A DNA stretch of 63,261 bases, the filler included, from Circinaria calcarea (taxonomy: Eukaryota), in NCBI GenBank assembly GCA_051942165.1. It is 36 parts of 36 records of this genome, joined end to end, with 100 filler letters (N's around TTAATTAATTAA, not from the genome) between each part and the next. Parts side by side here need not be neighbours in the genome. Positions count along the whole stretch, not along the records: positions 24,755 to 26,419 come from JAVECS010004389.1; positions 26,520 to 28,184 come from JAVECS010004390.1; positions 28,285 to 29,948 come from JAVECS010004391.1; positions 30,049 to 31,711 come from JAVECS010004392.1; positions 31,812 to 33,474 come from JAVECS010004393.1; positions 33,575 to 35,236 come from JAVECS010004394.1; positions 35,337 to 36,997 come from JAVECS010004395.1; positions 37,098 to 38,756 come from JAVECS010004396.1; 28 more parts are not named here. One strand, given 5' to 3'. Both the position numbers and the translations under genes were made by a program. The notes under the pieces are model-generated. The model did not search any database. It was given only the letters and a program-made list of their open reading frames with translations, and was not told where the DNA came from. Positions 24,755-37,832 of this stretch are shown here, piece after piece; positions within the stretch are counted from its first letter, which is position 1, and every line of letters starts with the position of its first letter.

Positions 24755-24917
24755 GCTTGGACGGTGTCTGAGTGACGTTCACGACGTTGATCTGGAAGTT
24801 GCCAGAGACGGTGGTCTGACAGCCACTTGGAGCGGGCGAGGAGGGTGCGATGCCAGTCGGCACGCCTTGAGCCAAGACCGATGTCGCAAGAGCGACAAGA
24901 GCGAGTGTGTACTTCAT
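24755..24917 (-). CDS. Secreted cell-wall mannoprotein (PIR/Cis3-like), N-terminus
   Basis: Signal peptide MKYTLALVALATSVLA followed by QGVPTGIAPSSPAPSGC..GNFQINVV. Confidence 0.7.
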
Positions 24918-26599
24918 CTTGATGTGTCGTTGTCCCGAGTAAGTTGGTTGTATGTACAGGAGAGATGAAGTGAGCTCTTAAGAGCAGCAGGCAATTGGAA
25001 TTGCTGAGCGAGTGTAAAAAGACTATGAGCGAGTGATGATGCGAAGATACAGGATGGAGAGGAACCTCGTCAGGCTGGAGTCGAGGAGTATTTCGTTGAC
25101 CGAGGGGGAGAGAGTGGGATGGGAGAGGGATAGGAGAAGAGGGACGGGTGCAAAAGGCTCAGTGTGGTTATACGTAAGACCAGATTCACTAAAAGGGCTA
25201 TGACAACACCAGCCGCGAGCCGCCTCCAGCCATTCGTTGCATTCCGAAACCCGCTAGACTAGGGTATTTGGGGTAAAAATAGACTTTGCGAGCCGCAAAC
25301 GGAATGTTGACCGGGGGATCGTGAGGCTCGAGGACGTTTGCTCCGCCAACCTCTTGGATCTTCCCTTTGTTTGGGGTGGCGATTATTGGCCCGGCCACCG
25401 ATTTAGGCTGAATGATTGCCCGGCCACACGTTGAGTTGAGCAGGTTTTTCCCAGGCAACCAGCCCCCGCAGCCCCCCGCCAACCTCATGGAGGTACACTA
25501 CTCCGTATAGGCAGTCGAGAGGCTTATGGAGTATGCAGATCACAACTGGAGGCGGGAAACCTGCAGCGAATTCATGCCATTGTCATGGAAAATAACCTGG
25601 CTGGAGATTGATTATTCACCTGAGCTTCGGGAGGACTGGCGGTAATTTTCAATCACGAGCTCCGGAGTACAAGTACAAGCAAGCAAAACAGGATACGGAG
25701 TAGTCAGCCGATCAATTCGTCCTTTGTCTCCGTCTGCAAGTTTCCATCATGATGATTTCACCAATTGAATGTCGGCCAAGGAGAGAATCACATCAACAGT
25801 AGGATTGTCGGCCTGATCTACACCACTTTGCATCTCAACCGCCAAACCTGACCCGGAGCTACCCAATGCGAGCTTAGCTTCGATTACCCCGGAAAGCCTA
25901 AAAAGGAGGTCAACGCAATCCCTTTCACCCTCGACGCCACTCCAGAGACGGCTGAGTCCGGCCTGAAATGGGGAGTTGAGAAATTGGCAGCTTGTATTAT
26001 TTGCGGTAATCTAACCTTAACCAGTCATGACATCTTGTCCTACCAAATCCAACCACGCCATAGGGGTACTCGAAGCTGTGGAAGGGAGATCCGATGCTGC
26101 TTCCAATAGCTGAGAATGAAACCAGCCAATAATAATAATAAAAAGGCAAAGCTTTTCGGATCCGTCTCACATCAGCCCCGGTTACGTGCCCATGTTTTAA
26201 AGGATGGGGAAAGGGTCCGTATTGGGAGGCCTGACAGAATACTCATCCGACAATTCCCTGTTCTCCCTTTCTTTCCAGAAAATTACCTGTCAGAGCTCAA
26301 TTAGCTCCGCTGAGCAGCCGTTGGCAAACTGATCTCATAACCTTCCGACCCCGTGCTCACCGGAACTTCTCGATTGCAATTCTATGTAATTCCTATCAAG
26401 TAGCTACTATAACGCTTTCNNNNNNNNNNNNNNNNNNNNNNNNNNNNNNNNNNNNNNNNNNNNTTAATTAATTAANNNNNNNNNNNNNNNNNNNNNNNNN
26501 NNNNNNNNNNNNNNNNNNNGGGGGGGAAGGGAGGCGGCGAGGGGAGAGATGGGTGGTAAGGGACATAAGAGTGGAAGCTGTTGACATATAAGAGACTCT

Positions 26600-27460
26600 T
26601 GTCCCTTGCGTGTCCTAAGCGCGGAATCCCATCTTCTACTCCCCATCGCGTTATATTTACCCTTGCTTTTTGGATGGCAGGAGTTTCTGTCGTCTATCCC
26701 TCGGGCTCCTTTCATGCCTATTCAACATTTTCTGCAATTGAAGCTCAAAAATGTACGCACATGGCCGTTGTACCGAGTATGTTTCACGCATCGGTTTCTC
26801 ATCCTTCTCTCTCCTCGAAAAATCTACGCTTGCTTAGATCGGTAGATTTAGCTGGTTCAACTGTTCATCCAGAGATTATCAAGGCTTACTTTGGATAAGG
26901 ACCAATTCGACGCCTCGTATGCCTCAGCAAGTTTCAGCATGAGCGAGGGAGCGTGCACAGTCGTACGCGGCGATTATAAGCTTCTCTATAATTTCCAGAC
27001 TATACAAGGGTTGACGAGGGTAGGCGTTGGCGGTCCCGCTCTGAGAGCCAAGATCCGTATCTGCCGGCCCGGGGCACGTACCATTCTCAAACGCGGCGAA
27101 GTCGGTAAGCTACATGTAGGTGGTACACAAGTTATAGGAGGTTATCTAGATACACCCGGCGATACGTACTATAGGGACAACATAGAACGTTGGATTGCCA
27201 CGGGAGATCAGGTCCAGCTTGATGATGACGACGGACTGGTATATATAACAGGGAGGCATAAAGACCTCATTATTCGTTGCGGGGGAAACATAACTCCCTA
27301 CAAAAATCAAGCAATACTTGGATCAGACAAGCGGTTCTATAGTGAGCCCACTTTCTTTAACTTATTTTTTTAATGCATGTGATACTAAGAAACAGCAGAC
27401 GCAGGTCGGTCGGTGTACCAGACGAGATTTGCTGGAGGAGGTTCCCCAGTCGCAAAAATT
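26600..27460 (+). pseudogene. AMP-binding acyl-CoA synthetase-like fragment with frameshifts (pseudogene or sequencing errors)
   Basis: AIEAQKCTHMAVVPSM, SMSEG, GEVGKLHVGG..VIGGY, WIATGD, ITGRHKDLIIR. The frame breaks near 26890 and 27300, and the downstream sequence looks low-quality. Confidence 0.75.
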
Positions 27461-28284
27461 TGGAAAAAGAGAAAACAGCGTTGGAGAAAATACCTAAAAT
27501 CTTATAAGATTCCGGTAAATCGATATCTTGGAGACGATTTCCACGCGCGTGATCAGTTTTATCTCAAAAAAATAAATAGGAAGTGATTAACCCGTTATAT
27601 AGTGGCTCTGCATTTTCCAGTTCAATTTTCACGGTACCATAAATCTAAGGCCCGCAGGCGTAAAAAAACCCAACCAGAAACCTTTTCTATGGGGGCCAAA
27701 AGCAAAAAAATCCCCGCAAAATACGAATTCTTACGAGGAAGCAGCGAAAAACGTACGGAATCAATACGTTCCCCAAAAAGCAAGCAAGAGGCATAGCATA
27801 ATCCCCTATGCCCCCCCTACCTAAAAAAATTTATCGGGCGGAGTTTTTTCGACAAAACCAAAAAAAAAAAATGCCAGCGTTGTTTGTAAGGACAAGCGAA
27901 CAGAAAGTCAAGAAGATGAGCAAAGTAAATTTCTCCGAAAATTCTGTTCCGTCTGGGGCCCATGTTCCGAATCTTAATACCAATGCTATAAGAGGCTTTT
28001 TTCCCCCTCGTGTGCAAAACCGAAAATAGAGGGAGTTCTCACGATTTTCAAAACCCGTCGGGAATCTTTTCACAGTCCCTCCACTTCCCCCCCCAAAGTA
28101 AAACCGAAAAGAAGAAACACCATTCACGAATGATACGCCAAGAGGCAGATGTGTCGAGAAAAGCAAAACAGTCGTCTCCCTTCCNNNNNNNNNNNNNNNN
28201 NNNNNNNNNNNNNNNNNNNNNNNNNNNNTTAATTAATTAANNNNNNNNNNNNNNNNNNNNNNNNNNNNNNNNNNNNNNNNNNNN

Positions 28285-29217
28285 CTCTTGCTCTTTCTTC
28301 GGCTTTTTTCCCCGAATCGAATGTTCAAATGTCTGGTTTATCTCGGTATCCTATTTTCCACGGCAATCTCTCTTAGCAGCGTACTGGTATCCAGTATTTT
28401 ATGCTCGCCCAGGCAAGGGCAACCATGGGAAGATGTCCGCGCCATCGAGAGGTGCAGCACACAAAGGTACTTTGCTGTGATGCAGGGTGTCCTTAATGTG
28501 CTCCTAGATTGGTACATTTTCTATCTGCCAATCCCAGTGCTTTGGAAACTGCAGCTACCGAGACAGAAGAGAATCGGTGTTATTGGAGTCTTCATGACGG
28601 GATCCATGTGAGTTTTCGGGTCCCATTCAAGATTACAATTCTAATCTCCAGTACTGATTGCAAGGCAGCGCTTGGGTCGCGAGCATTCTAGGCCTGATTT
28701 ACAGGGTCAAACTCCTGACAAGTCCTGATCTCTTATGGGCCGGTAACATGGTGTATATCTTCTCGCAAGTCGCCTCCCTCCAGGTCGGGAAGCTCCGCTG
28801 ACCATGGCAAGAATCGTGGAGATAAACGTTGCCATCATCTGCAGTTCCATGCCCGCTGTGGTGTCCTTTCTCAAGCTCACCATCTCCAAGTCCGAACACG
28901 TTCGCTCAGATAAATCCAGCAGTATCACTAACCGCGAAGACGGTCACTCCAGGCTTAAATCCACAAGCGACCTGAAGCCCATGACTTCACCGGGTTCTCT
29001 TCGTCGCCCTGACCCAACACTCCAACTAAAAGATGATAATAATCCAGAATTCGAAAACGTCCAAGGGAAGATCACGCCCATAAATTCAGAGTTCAACGAC
29101 CACGTCGCCGCCGGCGATTCAGAGCACCGATCGGCTGATATGAGGGAGGTCGCAGAGCCCAACGGAATCCTCAAGTCTGTCGGAGTGGATAACTCGAGTC
29201 AGGATCATACCCAGTAA
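28285..29217 (+). CDS. PTH11-like integral membrane receptor (fungal rhodopsin domain), 5' truncated; introns 28608-28668 and 28765-28811 (GC-AG)
   Basis: LLFLRLF, C-SP, NVLLDWYIFYLPIPVLWKLQLPRQKRIGVIGVF, VEINVAIICSSMP. Confidence 0.9.
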
Positions 29218-30049
29218 GGACCCCGAGGGAACGGCTACTCATACTCTTGGATATTTGGAAGGAGGGTATAATTACATGCAAAAGTCTTGTTCGTATTGAT
29301 TTTTGGTGAAAGATCTCTATCATGGTTCATGCATCGAGGGTACTGTATTGAAATCATATCATACCAATAATAGCATGTCCATGTACTTACTCAACATGTC
29401 TACGACTGCTGAAAGGTGAAAACCGAAAGGGGCAAATGTTACAATTGGTGACACGTGCAGAAGGAAGAGGGGATACGACGTCAATAAGGCCCCCGCTTCT
29501 CGCTCCATGTCTCATCGGCCCATCCCCCGAGTATTCTCCCAGACACATTCCATCTCACACACATAGCACATAGCACACAGCACACAGCACACATGTACAG
29601 AAGTTGTATAGTATTTCCATAGCAGTTTACCCATATATACATTCCAGTTATACCGTGCGTGCAGACTATTGAAAGACGTAGACGCCTCCCTGTAAATGCA
29701 GCGTCGCTTCTCGCCTACGCGGGTGACCATAAGGAAAAATAAGAATGCGCCGACAGCCGACAGTATATCTGTGAGGACCCCTTCTAGTACTACGGTACCA
29801 TAGGGGGGCCTCCTAGGCGCAAAGTCTTGGGATTAAGCGAGTGATTTTTACTTTCCACTGTGCTCACCCACGTGCACTCGCTTAATAAATGCCCCTCCTA
29901 AGAATACAAGGGCCTTGAGCCTACTGTATTATTTAGTGGGTGGGGAATNNNNNNNNNNNNNNNNNNNNNNNNNNNNNNNNNNNNNNNNNNNNTTAATTAA
30001 TTAANNNNNNNNNNNNNNNNNNNNNNNNNNNNNNNNNNNNNNNNNNNNT

Positions 30050-30676
30050 TCAACAGATGGTGAGCTGGGTAATGAGACGGATTCTTATGGATGGTGGAGG
30101 CGTAAGGACGGTACGACAATATACGAGGGTATAGAAAAGGGTCTGGCGAGAGTAGCAGAGACAATAAGACTGGAAGGGCCGTTTGATGGTGCCATTGGTT
30201 TCTCGCAAGGAGGTGCATTGGCTGCCATGATTGCTTCATTGCTGGAGACGGATCGGCGACAAGCCTTCGATGCACTATGTGCTAGAAAAAGTGACAAGTT
30301 TCCGTATCCCACGTCATTTATCGGTAAGAACGGAGAGCCTCTTCAACAACCGTTGAAATTTGCGATTATATATTCTGGTTTTGCCGCGCCGTTCGAAACC
30401 TATGAAGGGTTTTACAATCCTAAGATAAAGATACCGGTGCTGCATTTTCTGGGGAGTCTCGACACGGTTGTCGAAGAGAAACGAAGCAGGCTCCTGATCG
30501 ACAGTTGTGAGGATACCGATGAGAATGTGCTTGTCCATCCAGGAGGCCATTTCCTGCCTAGCCAAAAGATATGGTTAGACGGTGCAGTTGCTTTCATTAG
30601 AAAGAGTATAGGCGGTGGCAATGGGAAGACGAAAAAATCCGAAGAGAGTATAGAAGATATAGAAGTGCCATTCTAG
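30050..30676 (+). CDS. FSH1/OVCA2-family serine hydrolase, 5' truncated
   Basis: YGWW, GPFDGAIGFSQGG, KFAIIYSGF, PVLHFLGSLDTVV, HPGGHFLP. Confidence 0.92.
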   Translation, partial: STDGELGNETDSYGWWRRKDGTTIYEGIEKGLARVAETIRLEGPFDGAIGFSQGGALAAMIASLLETDRRQAFDALCARKSDKFPYPTSFIGKNGEPLQQPLKFAIIYSGFAAPFETYEGFYNPKIKIPVLHFLGSLDTVVEEKRSRLLIDSCEDTDENVLVHPGGHFLPSQKIWLDGAVAFIRKSIGGGNGKTKKSEESIEDIEVPF

Positions 30677-32846
30677 ATGTACAACGCCTGCGTCATCTAA
30701 ACCGTGGCATGAGCATGGTTCAACCGGTTAACATGCTAAAGGCTGCATTGCCCTCCAATATACGCTCAGCTGGTAATTTTCTGTCATTAAGAATTCATGA
30801 AAATCTCTTTGATCTATTAAGTGGGCTAATGATGACAAGGCGCAAAGAAGCTCACTCTCTCGCCCTTCTTCATCAGCTTCGCCAGAGTCGAGAACTGTTC
30901 TGATCTTTGCAACATATGTAGGGGCAGTTTTACTATACTTGACCGCCCTACACCGGCACCAAGATGACAAATGGGCCATGATACCTCGATTGCCAGATCT
31001 TCCTTCCATGATGGCTTTGCGGTATGAACCCTGGGTTTTGGTATTTTCCAACCGTCCCAACATGCGTCCGCATCTGCATTGCATTGATACCACCGTGTAT
31101 CAATTACCATGTGTACTTTGGGGGGTGGTTCCATCATGATTATGGCACAGATAACCCTTTAAATAAAGGTTGGAAAACAATTGTAAGATACCATAAGTCC
31201 GTGCACGGTGCAACTGAAGGAGCGGAGCAGTGGGCCCTGATATCAAATTATATTGAGCCTAGCTCTTTCGGGCGATTCAAAACACCGGTATTTATAAAAT
31301 ATTTAAAAAATCTCTCTTCGAATTTTTCAATTTCAATTCCCCATTCCGTATTTTGGCCGAAAAAATCATCTGAAAAAAATCGTAAATTCATTAGAATTAT
31401 ATTTATAAATCTAGAATATGTATAAGCTTTTATTTGATTGATTGAATTTTCGATATTGGTTTCTCAAGGTCCCCTCGTCAATCCAAAAAAAAGGTGGTGT
31501 TCGTTTTATAGAACAGGGATTTTACATACGGAGGTACACCTTGGGCGGAGTGAAGCTCCCGAGTTTAGCCAAGGCCCGGCATCAAGCAACATGCTCTTCC
31601 GTACTACAATTACACTTCCTCGTGATGCTAGTCCCGTAGAATTACACCCTCCCGCCATGCCGCGCCTCACGCAGCTGCTGGACCTTGACGAGGAGGAAAC
31701 GGAATCCTACANNNNNNNNNNNNNNNNNNNNNNNNNNNNNNNNNNNNNNNNNNNNTTAATTAATTAANNNNNNNNNNNNNNNNNNNNNNNNNNNNNNNNN
31801 NNNNNNNNNNNGGGGGGAATGGGGGCACTGATTGGGGATAAGTATAGAAAAATAAAAAGGGCGATAACGGGGGAAGATAAGAGCCTCCGCGTAAAACACA
31901 TAAGATCGCAATGTGACGAATGAACGAATGGATGATAGACGAAGAATTTACAGGATGGGATGGGGGGATTAATGAAGAGAGAAGAGGATGGAAATAGAAA
32001 AAAAAACGCATGGAGGAGTTAAAATATGAGAGAGAGAGATATCAGGACCAAGAAAAAAACCAGTATGAAGAATACCGAAGAAACGAAAGCAAACACGGAA
32101 AAACCCAGAAAAACAGACGGGTGGAACCAACGAAAAGAAGAAAAAAGACCTATAATCGACAATAGAGATGATTTGGAAGAAAAGAGCCCAAGTGGATTTG
32201 CTCATGAGTCTGATGTGCCGCCGAGGCCACCGGTGAAGATACTAGCAAAAAGAGGAGCACCGCTACAGGAGAATTTTTCTCTTCCGTTCGGCTTTCTGAT
32301 GGGGGATCCGAGAGCGTAGAGCGTAGACCGTGTCGAAAAATTTTCGGCAAGGGATGGGAGACGCAAAAGTTAGGGAAGGGTCGAGCACACGGTGAAAAGT
32401 GCATAGTCCGGAGGTTTTTTCAACAAAACCTCTGTGCAGAGCAGCCGTTGGGGAAAACCTGATTCACATGAAAATATAGTCCAAAGCAATATTCTACGCA
32501 CTTCCTCCATGGAATTGGAGAAGTAGTAGTAGCCCATGTTTTGGCTGTTTCGTAAGATCTGGGTATTATCAATTTGAAGTGAAACAGGCAAGTACAATTC
32601 AGAAAAGCCCGAGAAGTCCACCCCGCAGATTTTTTTTAATAGCCAAGTACGTCCCCCCTAAAGTACCTCCATGCTATCCAAACATTAATTGCAGATTGCC
32701 AAGTCCTCAAGAAAAACCCCACTTCTCGAGCCCTCATAGCATAATGCAAGTACCGAGCTAGACCAGATACCCTCAAAGCAACTTGTCGGTCTCTGTCACT
32801 GTACTGGGAATGAATGAAAAAGTCGTGGTCTGACCGGTGGAAAGTT

Positions 32847-33446
32847 TCAGAAAAATGGCAGAGGAGTGTAACCTTCAGGTTTCGTAGCAAATATGCTGGT
32901 GAGCGCATCTCGAATCTCAAATTCTTCCAGAACGGCACCGAATCTGCAAAAAGTTAGAACCATGTACCACAAATAGTCCTCTCTGCTGCCTCTGGGATTA
33001 TGCTAATGGCTGGCAGGAAGAAAATCACGATCTGCAGACCACCAAGAATAACAGCGGCAAGTCACAAAGGAAATCTCAACGATAAAGACAACTGATTGGA
33101 CTTACCCGTAGCATCTGGATTTATCTGTCAAGGCTTCTATCAACTTCTCGAAATCGGCAACGGTCAACTCGTTGTATCGATCGTGCGACCTAATGTAACT
33201 CCAGGCCATTACCGGCGTGAATTCACCGTCGAGCGGCAAGCTTTGGCTGAGGGTGAGAAGGCTCATTAGGTCCGAGTTCGGGATATCCATCATTTTGTGT
33301 GGGTATGGAACCTCGGGAGAGTTGGCGATGTGTGACGGAGGTGGGCAGGTTGCCATCAGGGCATGGCCCGAAACAAACGGCTCAGGCTCTTGACGCGATC
33401 GAACGCACATGAACTGCGTATGATCCATACAGGGCCGTTCGAGACT
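32847..33446 (-). CDS. FlbB-like bZIP transcription factor, C-terminal domain (two exons)
   Basis: LERPCMDH, SGHALMATCPP, GEFTPVMAW, RCYG|FGAVLEEFEIRDAL. The bZIP itself is off-contig. Confidence 0.65.
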
Positions 33447-33583
33447 GCTCGCACCCGGTCGAGTCAGCCGTGCTNNNNNNNNNNNNNNNNNNNNNNNNNN
33501 NNNNNNNNNNNNNNNNNNTTAATTAATTAANNNNNNNNNNNNNNNNNNNNNNNNNNNNNNNNNNNNNNNNNNNNGATTAATAG

Positions 33584-33712
33584 CGCGGCGGCGAAGGCAA
33601 CGTCCACAAGGAGGCGCAGGAGAAGCAGCATGAGGGGTGGGCGGATAAGCTGAAGCATAAGATGGGGTTGGGGAAGAAGACGGATGGTAGTGTTTTGGAG
33701 GGGGAAAAGTAA
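33584..33712 (+). CDS. Last exon of a small DUF3602-like protein
   Basis: After a TAG acceptor: RGGEGNVHKE...GWADKLKHKMG...stop. This matches the GRGG-GN motif. Confidence 0.55.
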   Translation, partial: RGGEGNVHKEAQEKQHEGWADKLKHKMGLGKKTDGSVLEGEK

Positions 33713-35336
33713 AGAGGAAATGGGGAAGAGGGGGGTTGGAAATGCCTAAACCCGTTGTCCCCGTCCGGATTTAGGGCGCTTTCAACAAGGCAACAAATTA
33801 TCCCCAGGATCGGAGAGCTCTGTTTTTTGGTTTTTTTTGGTTTTTTTTGGTTTTTTTTAACTTTGCCTGTTACTTTTTTAAATGTAAAACATCAGTACAA
33901 ACCCCACGGAGCAAGAGAAAAGAAGGAAAAAAACGGAGAATTGAAATGTCCCCAACTTCATACTCCCCTACCAATACTATTCCTATCTCTGTCCTCCCCC
34001 TCCCCCTCCTCCTCCTTCCTCCTACCAAATCTCCAATCTCCAGTCTCCATCCTCCACTCCTACCAAATATCCAACAATCCAATCTCCAATATCCAATCCC
34101 TCACCTCCAACCACCATTCCCTTCCCCTTCCATTCCCCTCCCCCTGAAAAAAAAATTGCCAAAAACCCAGATTCTCATCCCCCAACAAATATCCAACAAT
34201 AACCCTACCAGCCACCCAGCCAGCCTCTGCCTCTGCCTCTGCCTCTGCCTCTTGTTTTATTTGATGTTGCGGATCAGCCCTGGGCTTCCCTACACACGGA
34301 GGCATGTCGGCCCGGCGCAGCCCTACAGGCCATGTATTTAGCTTCGTGCAGCCATTCTGGCTGCATCTCATCATTCTTACTACTGAATACACACGTTATG
34401 CTGATGGGATGAACCCCCCCCCTTACGTAACATTTGACTTTACTTTGCTTCACTTGGCGGATACCGTATACATTACATACCCCTAGTTTAAATATACATA
34501 CAGCCTCCAGGCTCCGAGTATGGTATCGCGTGCCCCGAAAACGAAAACGAAAAACAAAAACGAAAATAAAACATAACGATAGTGATAGCATACGGTGCAA
34601 TAGTGATAGGGACGTGACGAGTTCGCCTTCCCTTCCTTCCTTCCTTCCTCCTCCCCACCCTTAAGGGGGGGGAAAAAAAGAAGAAAGAAAAATTCCCAGC
34701 CCTTTACCATATGCCCTATGGTAACCCCTTTTGTACGTGTGGTGAGGCGCGGCTGGCTCTTAACTTCCCAACTTCTTAACCAACCAACCAAGTATGTATG
34801 TATATATACATATATAGATACCCCGAGCCTGTGGCAACACGTGACGGCAAGCTGACTAAGGTGTCGCTGCTTTGCTCCCGCGCTAGCGACTATTCCGACC
34901 ACCTGCTCGCCCGTTGCTCCCTCGCGCTCTCCCCTCCGCTCGGTGTGCTCCCTCATGCTCCCTCTTTGCTCGCCCTCAGCCCCTCGCTGCTCCCTCGTTG
35001 GCTACAAAGTAGTTGGCCGTCGTAATTCTCCGGTAACTTTAGACGACAGGCTGACAGGGAGCCATTACCGGCTCCATGTTGCAAAGGGGAGCCATATATG
35101 GCTCCTTGACCCCCCCACCCCGTCATGTTGTGCCTGCGACCCATCTCTCTCATCCACTTGAGCCGCCCAGCTCAACTTGGAGCCCTTTCGTTCTTGTTCG
35201 TCTCGTCCTTTATTCATATCACTGCATCAAGTGTCTNNNNNNNNNNNNNNNNNNNNNNNNNNNNNNNNNNNNNNNNNNNNTTAATTAATTAANNNNNNNN
35301 NNNNNNNNNNNNNNNNNNNNNNNNNNNNNNNNNNNN

Positions 35337-36997
35337 GGACGGCAGGCTGTTCAGCCAGCGTTCGTGGTTCTCCGACGTCCAAGGGGTGCGGAACTGAATT
35401 GCGTCGGGCTCCGAGGTCTGTGGAAGGGTGATGACAATAGGGGAAGTGGTCGGATGCGTGGCGATGGAGGTGTAGGGTTCGGAGCCATAATATTGAAGAG
35501 GCGGTAGCTGCTGCGGGTGCGGTTGCACTTCCACTTGCAACTGCCGGGGATAGGGCTGGGGTAACTGCGGCTCGTGCTTGTACTCTGGAAGCTGGTATGG
35601 AGAGTTTGATGTTACAGTCGGGGTGGAGTTAGTATTTGAATCTGGGGACATATGAGACGCAACTTTTGAGGAGGGCGCCATAAAGCGAGAACGAGGGTTT
35701 TCAAGCGACAAGGGCTGATTTTGACTGATGGATCGGTTATGGTGTTCATTATATGGGCATTTGTTGACACGTGTGTTGGGAAGCTCTTTGGTAGGTTCGC
35801 TTCGGGTGCAACCAGGACTGGTGGTGTTGTTGATGGCCGCCCAATTATCTGATGGTCGGTCTTCAGGCTTTGGCTGGGAGTCGTTAGATCTTGAGCTGGT
35901 AGAGGAGGACCGACGAACTGCGTCGCTGGCTATGCCATCGGGATCTTCGTCTTCGATGCTGCCGAATTCTTTCAGTGTCTTCTCTAACAGCCTGAACTGT
36001 TCGATACCGCCACCAGTACCCCCTTCACGTAAGCTCAACTGTTTTTGCAGTTTCAGACAGTCGATACCATCGACAGATGATCCTTCTCTTAGAGCCCGCG
36101 TAGTACGTGTATAGTCGATGATGATCTTCTCATAATACCGATGTACTCGATGACAGGTGCGAAACCAGTTAGAAGCCATAGGCAACCTTGGGCGCATTTG
36201 CCCAATCATTTCCAAGGCCTTACGTGCTGCTTGCTGACCATTGGCCGTGTCATCGGAATTGTTTCCTTTGCCGCACATGTAACCTTCGGGGTCCATATGA
36301 GGAAAATTACTTGCATATAGACCAACAAAAGCTACCGTGTATATTCCAAACCCAAGAATCGGTGTCTCAACAAGCAATCCTCGGGCTTGGCAAGCCTGGA
36401 CGAGGTCTATGATATCACGGGCCGCCTTAAAGAGCTCGCGTGCGCTATCCTCCCAGAAGCCACTTGGGATAGTGAACAAATTGGGTGGAAAGGTCGGGCT
36501 GTCTAAAGGTCCCTCGGGGCCCTCGCACCGGATTGGGACGAAGGGTACATACTCGCGGTTAAGGATGATTAGACAGAGCGAGTAAAGCGTATGGAGTAGA
36601 GTGAAAGCCGAAGATGTCCTCTGGGTTAGGTGAGCTTGAATGTTGGAAGGGGTAAGTCTAAAAGGACGAGGGATAGTATCGCAGAATTCCTTGAGCAACT
36701 GCCGCAGCTGGTAGCGGGTTGACTGGGGATCCCAAGGAGGATATTGCTCGGTCCTATGCCCATCATTAGGAGTTTATCTAAAGCTTCTCTTTCCCATCAA
36801 TGCACGAACCTTCTTCCGCCTGAACAAGACCACTTGAATCACAGGGTCAGCATAGGAGAACGACATCACACCACTCAGATGCCGGCTTACCTTTGCAATC
36901 TTGCCCCAGATCTCTACCATCCTCACAAATCTACTCAAGATACTCTCATCCGACCCTGTCTCACAAGGAACCTGAAGCGCTTCTTCTTGGTCTGTAC
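35337..36997 (-). CDS. Fungal-specific (Zn2Cys6-type) transcription factor, middle homology region and disordered tail, truncated at both ends
   Basis: RMVEIWGKIAK|WSCSGGRR|TEQYPPWDP..., ILNREYVPFVP, FWEDSARELFKAARDI, ETPILGFGIY. Confidence 0.85.
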
Positions 36998-37184
36998 NNN
37001 NNNNNNNNNNNNNNNNNNNNNNNNNNNNNNNNNNNNNNNNNTTAATTAATTAANNNNNNNNNNNNNNNNNNNNNNNNNNNNNNNNNNNNNNNNNNNNGAA
37101 TACTCTGCTATATGTGCGTTCGGTGGATAGTTCGACCGCTCCGAATACTAGTTCCTCCACGCAGTGTAGAACCCCTATTCTTGA

Positions 37185-37470
37185 CATTTTATATTATTTT
37201 ATTAATTAAAAATATTTTTTAATTAATTAAACAATTAATTTAATTTATTAATACTTTTTTTTAATTATTAATAAATTATTAAATATATTCTGAGGCGGTG
37301 TTTTAATAAAATATAATTTGGCCTTTCTAATATCTTCTTAAAATATTTTCGATTAGATTATATTTTTTAATAATAATTTATATATTCGGGCGCAATTAGG
37401 CGTCTAGATCTATAAGAGCTGAATTAATTAGGGCTATATTAATAGAGTAATGATTTTTTAAAATAATAGT
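37185..37470. repeat. AT-rich, TpA-rich RIP-degraded relic
   Basis: Abrupt AT- and TpA-rich block with few CpA/TpG dinucleotides, set among ~50% GC DNA. Confidence 0.55.
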
Positions 37471-37832
37471 TGGAATACGGGGAAAATATGACACTGGGCC
37501 GGATGCGGCATAGCTCAGGGATCTCTGGTACCTCCAACCAACTTCAATAATCACAACGCCCCTCACACGCATTGTCAGAGTGTAGACAGACCCGATGGAG
37601 TTGATTGGTGATGGGATCACATGTCAACTCTTTGTTAGAGCGGCTTAACAGGAGTGGATTGACTGGCTGAGACTGAAACTTGCCGCCATCTTTGTTGGTT
37701 ACTCTCACACACTTAAATACAAGCTAGGCTGTGTGTATATGAGCTTTGAACACAGTTCTCGATAGTCTATAAACTTCTCCTACCTTTCCTACCTTATTTA
37801 TACGGTCACTGATATCGGAAACAGAGCGTATT

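Noticed and set aside
27400..28184. Odd homopolymer-rich ORFs here and at ~31812-32700, 33720-34200, 44129-45250 and 45883-46590
   Set aside because: They look like low-quality read tails or low-complexity intergenic DNA with no coherent protein signal.
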